Assembly (NCBI GenBank): GCA_052327205.1
Contig: CM126225.1
Location: forward strand, 6,572,001-6,636,000
Length of the DNA: 64,000 nucleotides
Source: Somniosus microcephalus
Taxonomy: Eukaryota
Direction of reading: 5' to 3'
Part shown: positions 11,076 to 24,519 of the stretch, one piece after another
How the letters are laid out: each line of letters opens with the position of its first letter
How positions within the stretch are numbered: position 1 is the stretch's first letter
The notes under the pieces: model-generated
Told to the model about the DNA's origin: nothing
Seen by the model: only the letters and a program-made list of their open reading frames with translations
Databases searched by the model: none
Translations under genes and position numbers: made by a program

Positions 11076-13184
11076 ACAGACAGATACTTTGCAGCATTTT
11101 TGTAGCTCAGAGACGTTCAAAAGCATCCATGTAAATGTACACACTCTATTGAGGCAAATGTACAAAATATGTGTATTATATATGTATCTACACAACTTGA
11201 GTGAGGATCCGCTTCTCCGATCTCTTGCAGTGATTTGCTATGCAATGGATGTATCTTTATATACATCGAAATGTGAGTCATACAGTTTTGCAAATGTATA
11301 GAAAGCAAAATCAGTTAATTCTGAACAAAGTATTCTGCAAGAATCCAAACCATTCACTTCCAGGGCCAACTTCGAATCACCCTCAAGTAAACACCCATGC
11401 GTTTATATAAAACAGTGAGCAAGGAGGCCAAGTCACATGTGATACTACTTTTCCAAAAGTTTGCTTACAGCTGCAACAGAGACAAAGACATTTTCTTTAT
11501 ATTTAATTTATTCACGAGCAGTGGATGAGCCGCCACGCAGTGGCTGTATAAATCTTACTGTAGACATTGGGAAAACCAGGCATCCTCCCCCCGTGATAAA
11601 TTCTTGTAAAAGAAAGAATGTAACTGTGGTGTACTTGGCTGATTTATATTTGTGTAGCAGGTCGCCCAAGTAGTGGGAACTAAACGGCCAACTAAAATGA
11701 CTTCAGTACTTTTCACACACAGTGTGATTTTTTTCTTAAATAGAATGGCTGCCATAAATTGCCCATAAAATTCTATATTAAAAACTTTGCCAATCTAAAT
11801 CCATTTACGACGGAGGAACATAAATACCAAATGGCTTCAGCACAAAACACTTTTATGAATAGGGACAATGTTGTTTAACATGCAAACTGTATCAAAGATT
11901 TCCGGTGATGGCAATAAAACATGAAAATGATGCAGAGCCTTCACTCCGCACACCCTCCGCATGTGAAAAGACTTTATGACTTAAAAAAAACTTCTCTCTT
12001 GCAGGTCTAACTTCACGATAATGTTAATCACCACCTTTACAATCTTCCAAAAAAAAACAAGAGTAATTTTATATAATGTTACTCTTATCTAATAGCCTTG
12101 GCCCTTACAGTTGTGTCTTTTAAACATGTTTTCGCTATCACTGCAGTTAAGTAGGAAATGCAGAGCCTTTTCAAATGTGTCTTTTCATAAAAGATAAACC
12201 CGGTGCTTTGTTTGACTCGCTGTAATAAAAATGTCGACATTTCGGAAGTTTGGAAGATGAATATATTTACTGTCCCCTATCTGCTCTGCATTTCAAAGGA
12301 ATCTCGCTATAGATTGCTATCCTAACAGAGGATGCAAACAGCAGCGAGATGGGGGAGGCCTTTTCCCCCTCCTGTTTGTAGCCTGCCATAGGGGAAGTGA
12401 AACGCAGGCCTCAACCTTACTGTAGTAAAGGACTCACTACTGCCAAGGATAATGACTTAAACAAGTAAACATGCAAATGCTGTCAACATACTAAGCATTA
12501 AAAAACTAGCTGTATTGACATAAATATTAACATCGTTCATATGTTTAGAAACACGGTGACAATTAAATGATTGCAATTAATTTAGAATTACCAGTGTTTA
12601 AACCACATATTCTGATAATTTATTTTGCAAGGTTAAATTGTGGTATTCTGTCTTCAACACACTTATACACACATCTCTCTCCACATCGCCCCCCACCCCT
12701 CCATCCTAGATATATATGTTGGGGTTAGTTCAAGGCTAAAATGTCACCAAGTTACTCCAACATCCTAACATAGATTTCCGATTGCGTTAAATCACATACA
12801 TACCCACACACACACACACACAAAAACCCTTTGTGTTTCTTCCTCTACATTCTCAAATTCTACATTACAGGACGCGTCGGTTTGGGCTTTGCAAAAAAAA
12901 ATCGAACAGAGGTCCAAAATACCAACTTCAACATAAACATATTCGTTCTCCTTTGTCTGTTCTTGCACTGATAACATCTAGTTAGAGAAACGCTTTCCAA
13001 CAGCCCTCTATTTTTCCCCCATTCGAAAAGCCTAGCAGCTTTTTAAGAAGTGGCCGAGCACCGGCCTGGTGAACATTTTGTTTTCTCCCTTCAGTTTTCG
13101 TATTAATCTCATACACTGACAGTCTTTGTTAAACACCAAGGCGTGCCGTGCGTCCGAGTACATTTTAATATTTGTTAGACGCTT

Positions 13185-13201
13185 TGACCTGAGTTTCACC
13201 C
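13185..13201 (-). promoter_or_regulatory. DR5 RARE upstream of hoxb4/mir-10 (B4U type)
   Basis: Minus strand GGGTGA-AACTC-AGGTCA, about 3.6 kb 5' of the hoxb4 ATG. Same half-site pattern as the conserved Hox4 5' RAREs. Confidence 0.8.
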
Positions 13202-14510
13202 CGCTCTTGGACTCTCCCCCTCTACAAGTTCTATAGTACGGATAGGTCTCTCAGTCATATTGAATTTTGCTCAGGTCATTACGTTTGAGAAAAATAGCAA
13301 GGCAGGAGTTTACCCAAAACAGCATTAAGGCTCTGGAAATTCTCTCAAGCATAGCATGTTTTGTGATTCCATTAGCATCAAATATTTATTATAGAAGTCA
13401 CAATTCTAGGACTCTATAGGCAGTTACGTACGCAGATTCCAATTTGAATAACAAAAGTAATTAATAGGTCTGTTTTCTCGTGCATGCTTAGGTTGCATTA
13501 ATATAAAATGTTCTTTTTTTACAGTTACATTTTTCACATATTACTACATTGAATTAGTCAAAGAATAACATCAAGAGATAAGGCGTCAGTCGAATAAAAA
13601 GTCCCAGCACATTTCACATTTTATATGTGTGTGTATGTGTGTGTAACAGAAAATTAATTTAATTTCTTGAAAACGATTGTTTTAACACGTCAGAGGATTT
13701 TCTAATTAAAACTAACGAGTATGGCCCCTCACTCGACACAACCCCCTCCAGGCAAATGTCAGCAAATTTCTAGATGAACTTATATTCAAAGATGCTCAAA
13801 TTGTATTTCATTTTCCCCTCCATTTTCTCCTGATGTACTTTCTATCTATTAACAAATTAGTGAAACAGTGTCGGTACAGTGTTAAACATGCAGGAATAAA
13901 AATAGGTTCAAATATTTTCCAATTCCACCATATTTTTAATATATAAAGTAGAAATTTCAATTTCATGCGAAGTGTATGGTGAATGTTGCTTTGAGTGAAT
14001 GTTTCAGTCAAGGTTGGGGAAATGGCGTGTTTATCTGCACCTATTGAATCCATTGTTGTTAGCTCAATGTTTTCGGTGTAATTTATTGTTTAAATCATAT
14101 GTTTTGTTGGACATTGCACATAATAACACATTCATCGATGGCATTAAATGATATAAACATCCCCATGCTGCTGTTTACTGTTTGTGCTGACGGTGACTTA
14201 CCCGCCCCCTCAAAAGAACCTTGTAAGTTACAGAAACTGCTTTGTATTAAAATAGTGAATTTAAGGCTTTAAAATGAACAAGCATCAGAAGAGACGTTTA
14301 TATGAAATAGAGAAAACTTATGAACACTCAATTTCATGAAAGAAAGCAAAAGAAGGCAAATGTGATTTCAAGTGAATATGATTTTTTTCATCCATCCAGA
14401 ATATAGGTAACACGGTTTGCCACTGAATTTAAACCGATACAAAATATTTCATATGCAGAAAGTATTATTGTGTTCATTTTATATCAGAGGGGGAAAAGTA
14501 AATATATAAT

Positions 14511-14622
14511 CCCTACATTAAAACAGTGACTACACTTCAAAAGTATTTCATTGGCTGTAATAGTGCTTTGGGACGTCCTGAGGCTATGAAAGGCGCTGTA
14601 TAAAGGCAAGTTCTTTATTTCT
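14511..14622 (+). mobile_element. Truncated SINE 3' end (Deu-domain SINE-like tail)
   Basis: ACATTAAAACAGTGACTACAC...TTCATTGGCTGTAA...GGGACGTCCTGAGG...TGAAAGGCGCTGTATAAAGGCAAGTTCTTT. Visibly homologous to 37749-37855 and resembles SacSINE1/AmnSINE1-type tails as I recall them. Confidence 0.7.
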
Positions 14623-17600
14623 ATAATGCACAAATAAGTTATGTAAGACAGCCACATAAGCCAATCATTGCAAAATTCCCTTAAAATCGATTAGTTTAAA
14701 TGTTATCCATGGTAATTTAAATGCATAACTGTGGCCTTTGTAAAAAATGTAAAAAAATGTATGCAGTAGACTTAGTGATTTCATGTTATATTATTAGAAA
14801 ATGCACTTGTTTCAATGTGGAAAAAATAGAAAATAGAAAGAATAGTGACTTTAAGAGTAGGTAGCCCCGAGTTCCCCCCTCATTGTCATTAAATGTGTGT
14901 TTGGAAATACTTTTAGAAGTTTGCTACACAAATTCCTCATTCAAACATTCAAAATTTAAGAGCCTATATATTTACTTTGAACAGATTTATTGCAGAGTAA
15001 CTATAGTGTAAACAGATTTAAAACGTGTTCAGTGCGCAGAACGACCCCAAACACACTGCCTCGCAGACAGATTTAAATACCTTACTTTGTTTAAATGATC
15101 GGACTAGGGCCCAAGGCTTGTAGATTTTTTGTGCAACTTTTTTTAAATGGTGCATTGGCGTGAGATAGGAAGCAGAAACACGCGTATTAATGATAATTAA
15201 AGGAGACTGACATCGAGTTAATTTGACATTTGATTTGAGATCTATGGGAAGAAGCTAGATCAAGCTTATTCTTTTTTCCTTTTGTAAAATTTGATCGAAA
15301 TTCTCCGAATCTTCATGGATGGGCGCAAAGAGCTAAACTTTATCTTGGGAATCTATAAGCGGGTAACTGGGGGGGGGGGGGGGGGAGGGGGGGGGCGCGG
15401 TAAAGCAAGTACATGGGCGAAATGAAAGAACTTAATCTATTCCCTGTTTGAGAAGATGCAATATAATTCTAGGGTCTCGCGTTCCGCCCTTTAATGACTT
15501 TAATGCCTTATATGATACTTGAAATCCAGCATTTCCTCAATCAAGTGGAAAACTCTGTCTCTACTTTAATTCGGTTTCCTGGCTCTATCTTTCCCCATTT
15601 CTACCTATACATGCCAAGACTATATTTGTTTGAAAACGTCGCGAATGTGCATATGTTCCTATTTTATGTGTCATTTTCACATTAAGTTGTGTAATTTATA
15701 CTTGACTCGGCTCGTCTTGTGTCCTTTTGCCCTGATATAACAACAGACATTTACTATTCATCCTTTTCCGTCACGTCACCAATTTTAAATAAAGTGCTTC
15801 TATTTCCATACAACTTGACTCTCAAATGTTTTTGAAAGGAAAGCTGATTACATCTGGCGGGAATTATTTGACTCGTTCATTTGTGTTTTCAAAGTCTCCT
15901 ATAACCTATACCACAACCCCTTCCGCCGTGGATCTGGTGATTTCTATTTATTGTGCAGTGTATCCTATAAAAGAGATCAATTAATCCTCCCTGTTTTTGC
16001 ACAGATCGTGGTCAGGATAGTTAGCTGCCCGCCCCCCACCTCCCCAACCTCTCTCTGTCTGTCTCTCTCTCTCCCTCTCTCCCTCGTCTTATTTTACATA
16101 TTCTGTAGATTGTTGCCCATTGCTAAGCTCTACCTCCACTTCCACATCTTACCTCGGTATCATTTTCTCATCTGCGCCGATAGCCAAGATCACCCCTTTT
16201 ACCATTGACATCGAACTGGGTCTATCTAAGCAGACAACAGCAAGTCACGCACGACGTAAACTTTTGACCCTCCACTTTTTGACCCCTTAGCTATAATGCT
16301 GTACTAACAAGCCCCCATGAACAGTTTCAACATCACAATCCTCAGACAGTATTGCTGTACAGTTTTGCTTTTTTCCCCACGAGGCTCGATTTTATTTTAA
16401 ATTAGCGCTGCTTCACTTATAATAATACATATAATTTAGAAATCGAAAGATTTTATTGAGACACTGGAATTTCTTGAAAGTTGGGTTTGAACTCTTCAAG
16501 AATGTTTTTATTTCTTACCGGCTCTGTTTGAATGAATTTATATCATTATTCGTCAGGAAAAATATACAAACTGAAAGGGTGAGTTTTGAAAAGATAAATG
16601 ACTACAGCACTTAGAAACTGCTGATAGTGCATAAGTAGAACATTTTGGGGAGATATCAAACAGACTCCTCCGACTCTGTTCTGCCAGATTAACTGCAATG
16701 GAAAGGCTGGTAAGCTTTGTGGCAGAAAGGAGACGCATAATGACTATGAACTTGGTCTGAAGCGGGCTCTGGTGGCGAATCTGACACGTTGCATGTGTAA
16801 AATAGCTTCCCAGATTCTGTTCATATTTGTTTCAAATTCTGCTTTTAAGTCCGATTTTTATCGCGGCAACATATCACAAGTTATTTGTAGCAAAAGTTTT
16901 TTGAAAGCATTGTCAGTTTGTGTATACTGTGCGCTCCGTGTGACGTTAGACTGGCAGCTATCGTGCCTTGTTTAATAAAAGCGGAGTATATTTTAATATA
17001 AAGAAGCAAGTCATCAGGACAATCCCTCAAGAGATGAAGCATTAACAAGGGTTTTAGATTATCTTTGTCATCAGATTGTGTAATATTTCGGAAGCTTAAA
17101 TGTAATCCAAAATTAAATTAAACTAAATTCAATTCAATTAAATTAAATTAGGGTATTGGACTGCAAATGACGGAGAACGAATACTATACAAAACAGTTCT
17201 GGATATTTGTAATACTTTGTCAAACTAAACGAATAAGATTTTGTGTTGTGAAATGTCTCGCTCAATCGCACTGCAAATGTCAGGCATCAACCTATCTGTT
17301 TTTGTATAAGTAATGGTGGTTAACAAATCTGCACGGCCTGTGTGCCATAAAAACACTCGAGCCTTTTCTAGAGTAGTAGAATTATTATGTAGTCTGATAC
17401 CAATTATATTGTGGTTTATAGTTTTTTCTTTCATTTTTCAATTTATTAAGTGAAGGAGATGTATCGAAAATAACAGTGCTCTGTAATTTAAGATCTCACC
17501 TTCTGCCCGTGTTGCATTTAATTAGACCATGATGTGTATGCTGGTCTCGCTTAGGTCGCGCGTTCTGGAACAGGGTGCCGGTTTGTGGCCTAAAGTGATC

Positions 17601-20600
17601 CCTGTTACTGACGGTAGAAACCGCGGGGAAGAGTTAATGATAACGTATGCTTTTATCTGTGTGTCTGCAACTAGATGTTTAATACGGCGATATAATCATC
17701 TGACACCTTTATGGCTCCGTCGCGCGTTCGTGTGACTGCCTTTTGTTCCCTTTCCCCCTAAATTACAACCTTAACCCGGTCCTCAAATCCATCCAGTGCC
17801 TATAAACGCGCCAGATGCATCCCACTTAAAAAAAAACTAAACAAAGAGAATGCATCACCTTTAGACTGTGCAGTTAACCTGATAGGGATGGTTATCGATC
17901 CTATGGAACAGATAATTCGCTTGTGATAGTAGCAGGAGCAAATACATCTGTGTTAGAAGGGGGGCAAGAAACGACACCACTTTCACTGCATCCAAATTAT
18001 TAATGTTACAGTTGACTATCGATTCACGGTATAAACGCTTGTGTCTGCGTCGCTTTACAGAGAGGAAGGGAGGCCTGATAACCGTAAATAGACTGGGAAT
18101 GGCTTGAATGGTTGTTTGTGTTTTATAATTAATTATGAATTATTTGCAAGGCTTTTCCGCCCTAACTGAGTTAGCTCCAATTGAAACCTAAATCAGTATT
18201 TCTTCTACAATAGGGAAAATTACAACCTACATATATATTTGGTGCTACTTGACATTCTTTTTCTTACACTTAGCTATGGGTTTCTTGGTCAGGATTGGTC
18301 TTTTTTTACTTATGTACCAATATCTATAAAGAGCCCGTAGTTTCTTGTCTCTTTTTGTAATTATGTATGCTCTATCAGTTTCTTTCTCACACTAATCATA
18401 AACTATTACACTAATGTATTTCCTGAGCATCCTGCCTTTAAATCAGATTGAAAAAGCTAAGTGAAGGGCCAAGTGTAGGAGACCATCAAGGCTGAAAAGA
18501 ATAGAAGTTGGTTGGTGGTGTATGAAGCGGATCCGAAATTGATAGATTATTTTGCTTCTGAAGAAAACAATAAAAACTACAAATAACGTGTTTAGCCCAA
18601 ACACAAAACCTTGAGCCATTTTCGCCGTAATGCTCTAAATCCACGTGTAAAATAGGTATTTAGAAATTCTAAAACGAATTGCATTAATTGTTGCTTTTTC
18701 CCCATTTTACTGCAGAACACTGAAGGACACGCGTTCAGTTATACCGGGCACTAGGAATAAAATGAGAAATGGAACGTAAGACCACAATGTACTTCCTCCG
18801 TCAGGGATGTGTTTTCCTGTTTACCCACTGGATTTCCTGAGCTATCAGCGCGGAGAAGCAATAAAAAAGATGACAGAAACATTTCGAAATTCTGAGAGAG
18901 AGAAAAAAACTTTTGACTCCTAACATTGATTTAAAATGCTCCCGCCCCCCCCCCTCAAACTGCAGACCGGAAACGGCACGAATTAAAAAAACTTGACAGG
19001 CGGCTTCGAGGACTTTGCCACAACACTGATTATCACAGGGTGAGAAACTTGACATTTACTGATGAGAAATGTCAAAGTATAATTTTCCTCTTATGTGTCT
19101 ACATTTCTCCTTAGACTGCTTTTGTGACTGCACAAGTAATCTTTACAATGAACCTCAAAATTTGCAGACAATCACCAGATTAGCGTGACGGGAAGTCTAG
19201 TACAGTAAGGGTGATAATGCTTCCAATTTTACTCTTGATAAAAGCACACGGTGACAGTATCCAAGCACTGTAACACACAGTAAGTGCAGTGTATAAATAA
19301 AATACTAACTACATTATAGAACGCTAGTCTCTGTACTTGTTTGGGGTAATTCTTTATTGTGGGATCAAAGGACATCCGTTTGTGTTAAGAATCTCTTTAG
19401 CCTAACAACTTGATATAGCACCTATTCCCCTGTCTCTCACTTAAACTTGAAACCCCAAAGGAAAAATGTTCGTATACAATTCTGTGCAACTTTCAATTAG
19501 TCGTACTTAAGAGTCACATTTCAAAACGATGACATTTATAGAGGCTAAAAGTCTATAATTCTAAACTGACAGCAGTAAAAATTAAAGGCTGTAATTTCGA
19601 AGTAGTGATTTAGTTTCGCATTTGAATCCAGAACAGTTACAGAAAGTATGGAGCACTTCATATTTTGAAAACATTTTGCTAGTTGATCAAATACTTATTT
19701 TACAATTGGATATGGGTGGAAAAATACACCTCTATCCACTTTTACACGTGTATCTTAGACTTTAGAGTGCAGGTTAACTTTGCTGCTGTTCCCTTGCTCA
19801 CCTTGAATGCATTATGAATTCACAAGATGGTTTACTTAGGCCAGAGTCAGAAAACCCAGCCTAACTCGAACCTACTGATCGAGCGTCGAAAACAAGAGTG
19901 GGAGATGCCGAAGGTGAGGGAGGCAGTATTGGGAGGGGGAGGGGGGCAGTTTAGTCAATATATTATTAAGGATCATTTTAAGATTAGACCCCACTGTAAC
20001 ATGGATGCTTTTAAATAAGAGTCCTATTTTTTTTGGTTAATCTTTACAAAAGTTTACGATATAGTTACTAACATATATTTGGATGTCCCTTCTTTTAAGC
20101 ATTAAAAACACTGGCGATCAACTTGACTCTTAGTTTAAGAAGAAATATAATTAATATTCCTTCTGCATTCAGTTAGTGGGAGAGTTAACATTTGGAACAC
20201 TGATAAACCAAGGAAGTGTTTTAAAAATAATAAAAAGATGTCCTTGACTGCACACCGCCTTCCTCAAAAGGCCGATTTCCTTTTTAAACAATATACGTAA
20301 ACAGACTATATACGATTACATTAATCCACACGGGACAGTGTTGAACTGCCAGTGTTCCAACACAATGATTATTACAGGAAATTAAAAAAAACGTTAATAT
20401 TTTGTAAATAAAATGAAGTTAAGGCAGAAACGAAAAGCCTGCATCTAGGGTGAACCTCGTTTTCTATCTGGATTATTAACTGGAGTAAACTTTGCATTAG
20501 GTTAACAACTAGAAGTGCGAACACGTTTGAGCAAATCCCCGCCCCCACCCTTCCCCACAGCCAAATAGTTCAAATTCATATTTAAAGGACACGGCGCTTT

Positions 20601-22246
20601 CGTCTTTGCTCCGAAACACAGCTTATCAAATCAAAAGCAAAATACAAAGTAAATTATTGTCATTGTGTTACAGACAGGTAACAAACGAATTCTCAACCAG
20701 GCAATGAGTTTGCAGAACGCAAGACGAGAGGTTACCAGAAAGTACAGCCCCGGAGATACTTTCAAACAAACGAGATCCGATATATATCTATATACTCTAT
20801 TCCAGTTCAATGTCACCCCAATAAAACATTAGGAACATTTAAATCTACTGAAGTAAATTAATCAGACGCTAGGAAGTAGGCCCATTGATCCCGTCCACCA
20901 TATCTTACGTTTCTTTACAGTTTGGGCCCACTGCACTGGGTAAGGCAGAGACCAATATATTTATAAAAGCTACAATCTCCGCAGTACTGCCAATTAAACA
21001 TTTTTAAAGAGTTTTTTTTCATTTTGGCAGCTCCTGTGGGCCCTGCTGACAGAAGCAGTGCACGCCGTGGTTTATAATTGAACGTAACTTACTTTGAGCT
21101 GTACAATTCCGTCTGAGTTTAAATGCAGTCGCTAAAGATTTTGGACCCTGCAGGTCTGGTAAAGGAGGCCTGCTCGATTCCTCTGGAAGACTAGTCACAT
21201 TATCCGCTTCCAGACTGCAAAGCCAGCCAGATAAAGTTCAGCGTCACTAACATTATACAGAATGTGAAATATATTGTACCTTGTCAACTCCCCACAACCA
21301 TAAAACTAACTTTAACGACCCCACGTGACTTTTGAGAGCCAGTAGGGGTATCTGCCTGCGGTATGGGCGATTTTTACGATCTAACTTTGAGATAAATACC
21401 CAATTCATTTGACATCCCAATGTCATACCGACTTCTTGTATATGTAGTTTGCTATATTCACAAGGGGAGCAGGATAGAGCTAACATTTGCTGTGTGACTT
21501 ATCAACTACAGATAAGCACGTGGACGTTCTTTTGGTAAGTTGAGTTTAAACTAAACTAAGGTTTACCTGTTGCACAAAATGAAGCCAGATTTACAAAAAG
21601 AGCGCGTGCAGTTTGTTGTATAGACAAACTTCTAAACAGTACATCTTGTTACTGTACAACTCTCTGGGGTCATGGCGTAGAAATCAAGTCTGAGGACCCT
21701 TTTTTTATCGAATATACTCAACAAGAGCGAATAGAAAACAATCCTGTGAAAATGCTTAAACAGAGGATGCCGAGTTCAGTTAGATCCAGAAATTCCAAAA
21801 TCCAAGAAGTTAAGTAACACAAATGCCGCCTTCAAAGTATAAGAGAGATACACCCAGCGGCGCACGCAAACAGTAACAGTTAGATAACCTTTAGGATTTA
21901 AGATGAAAGGTTAACTAATAGAGCCAGGTAAAGTTACGTTCTAATAATAGTTTATAGAATTAACTACAAAATATAAAACGAGAAGCAATCATAGATGCTA
22001 ATTAATAAAAAATATCATTATGTACGCTGTTAATGTGCCTTCATAAAATGCACAGTTAAGATATCAGAAAACACGTAGCAATATTCAAATGTAACATGCC
22101 TGATAATATTTATTGTACTAGATACTAACAATAGGGATTCCCCAGATACTGTAGAACCCGTATTGCACCAAGTGATAAGATGCCAGCTTATACACACTCG
22201 ACATATTACACCACAGAGATCAGGGGTGGTTATGAGAAACTTTTAC

Positions 22247-22252
22247 TTTATT
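22247..22252 (-). terminator. Candidate hoxb5 polyadenylation signal
   Basis: AATAAA on the minus strand about 0.7 kb after the stop. Confidence 0.45.
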
Positions 22253-22930
22253 TCGAATTAAGCTACAAACAGATACAAAAAGCTTGTTGGCAACATACTG
22301 TAGGAGCTAGACATAGTTGTCGTTGATTTCCACAGAAAATATGCCATTCATCACTCTGCCCATTACAGACTAGCTATAGGCAACATTATAAACTTTTTTG
22401 TATTATTTACAACCATTATAACTCACTAAATAATCGTGTACAATCATCGCTGATTTTAGAATCTATCCACATGTATTAACAATGATTAGAATTCTACATG
22501 GAATTTCGACATACGGACGTTGCTTAAAATCACGGACAGCATAAGGACAGAAACTTACAAGGTGTATATATTGTTGAAAGGTGATAGTGCAAGAGCAAAG
22601 AGTTTAGCTTTTTATCAGCGTGAGGGAGGGAAGGAAGATCAAATTGTACAACTTGTGTCAATTATAAATAAGTTATACCATTTACAATCCACAAAAAAAC
22701 ATGCTACTTTTCCCAGAAAGCACCAACAGTTCACTGACACAGACATATGTAAGACATCAATAAGCATTTAACAGCGAAAGGACAACACAACAGAATAAAA
22801 AGAAGAAAAAATTATTAGCAGTACCACAGAAAAGTTTAGGTCGTCTTTAATATTTAACAACACGCGGGGAAAAAGGTGCCTCGCTGTACAGTACTGATGC
22901 ACGGTGTCTGTTATTTTTACATGTTGTGTG

Positions 22931-23181
22931 TTAGGGTTGGAAGGCGCTTGCTCCGGCCGTCATGTTCATGCTTTTCAGCTTGTTGTCCTTTTTCCATTTC
23001 ATCCGTCGATTCTGGAACCAAATCTTGATCTGCCGTTCTGAGAGACACAGAGCATGGGCAATCTCTATCCTCCGCCGCCGGGTTAGATATCTGTTGAAGT
23101 GGAACTCTTTTTCCAACTCCAACGTCTGAAAACGAGTATAAGCAGTCCTGGCTCTTTTCCCGTCCGGTCCACCCACACCAT
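22931..23181 (-). CDS. hoxb5: HoxB5 coding exon 2 (homeodomain); spliced protein 261 aa
   Basis: Acceptor aacag|AT at 23182/23181. [23 protein letters not shown]...[20 protein letters not shown], ending in the PG5 AFQP terminus. Confidence 0.96.
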
Positions 23182-23434
23182 CTGTTAATAAATACAGGCA
23201 GGTTTTTTTTTATCCATGCTAAATTATCTATCCCCTTTAAAAAAAGATTCATTTAAAAAAAATCAGAATTTTAGACCTTGAAAGTTGCAGTATTCCCTTC
23301 CCCGGGGCCTCTCCGGACATGTATGTCAAAATGAAAGTACATTGTCCCCAATCTGAATTGCTATTAATTATCATTTTCCTTTTCATTGTCTGACTATGTA
23401 ACCTGTGTCTTGACGGCTGTGCTTCAATTATCTG

Positions 23435-23521
23435 CACACACACACACACTCACATACACACACACACACACCAGATACACACAGTCACACACAGACACAC
23501 ACACACACACACACACACACA
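23435..23521. repeat. Imperfect (CA)n microsatellite in hoxb5 intron
   Basis: Directly visible CA repeats. Confidence 0.95.
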
Positions 23522-23951
23522 TACCTTTTTTTAAATTGTCTGAAATTGCAAACAGATCCATGGAAAATGGATCACAGCAAAGCTGACTGTCCAGGGTAAC
23601 TGCACAGTGCTCTTTGTTATTATGCTGATCGTGCAATACAAGTCGCAGCTTTCTATACACTAGCATCATAGATATCATATAATATTTATAATTTATCCGC
23701 ATTATATACGATTATTTTAATATTTGCTGAATTTTGTTGGTCGACTTGCGCATTATTTTTTTCATGCACGTTATAAAATTGTGGTTTACAGATTTAAATT
23801 AAATTTGCGGAAAATGTTTAGTTAAGTTTCTGTCGAGCAATAAAACACAAATTGTTCACATTTTGTGTCACCCAGGTTGCACAATAGGACGCCATGAATT
23901 ACCTGACCACAGAGCAATATTTAGAGTGATAAACAGAAATTGAAAGTGTAC

Positions 23952-24486
23952 CATGGCCAATGTGCAGTTTTCTCATCCAAGGAAATATTTGTGGCTGCTG
24001 CTCTGGTGTTGTTGCTTGTGTTGGTTCTTGCTGTGCCCTGGGATGGTTGTTGTTGTTGGCTTGAGTGCCCTCTTCGGTATCCGAGGATGCTCCGGCCTCG
24101 TCCATTTCTGTAAAATTACTTGCTGAACTAGAGGAGGTAGTCGGGTCGGATGGGGAACCCTTGGCTCCGTGACTGTCCTTGCCGGAACAAGGAAGGGGCT
24201 CTGGAGATGAGAGGGTGCAGCTCGCTGCTTGCCTGAACCTGGTTTCTGTAGCTGGAGGATAGCTTCTGGAGTTTTCTGTATTAACCACTCCAAAGTGGTT
24301 AGATGAGGCTGAACGGGTGATGCTAAGGTCCATACCATTGTAGTTGTAGCCGTAAGTGCCTGAATGCATGGTGCCTGAGTCCCTGTATGGTCCGTTCTCG
24401 GAGCTGCTCGTCCCATAATTAAGTAACTGATAATCCGGGCCATTTTGATAGCGACCGGAGAATGAGTTTACAAAGTAAGAGCTCAT
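23952..24486 (-). CDS. hoxb5: HoxB5 coding exon 1 ([25 protein letters not shown]...QIFPWMRKLHIGH)
   Basis: HoxB5-type N-terminus and IFPWMRK hexapeptide. Donor G|GTACAC at 23952/23951; 535 nt, phase 1. Confidence 0.96.
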
Positions 24487-24519
24487 TTGGGTTTTTTTGG
24501 GTTGATTTGTGGTTGTTAG

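Noticed and set aside
12058-12087. AAGAGTAA...TTACTCTT inverted repeat
   Set aside because: A short AT-rich stem that is plausible by chance in 64 kb.
16262-16286. TTTTGACCC direct repeat as a nuclear-receptor element
   Set aside because: The 9-nt half-site spacing is non-canonical and there is no other support.
20440-20456. GGTTCA-CCCTA-GATGCA as a DR5 RARE
   Set aside because: The second half-site is too degenerate.
24133-24141. miR-196/let-7 seed match in hoxb5 exon 1
   Set aside because: A single short match inside coding sequence, easily due to chance.
23973-24443. 156-aa alternate-frame ORF inside hoxb5 exon 1
   Set aside because: Explained by overlap with the real CDS. It starts downstream of the main ATG and has no recognisable domain.
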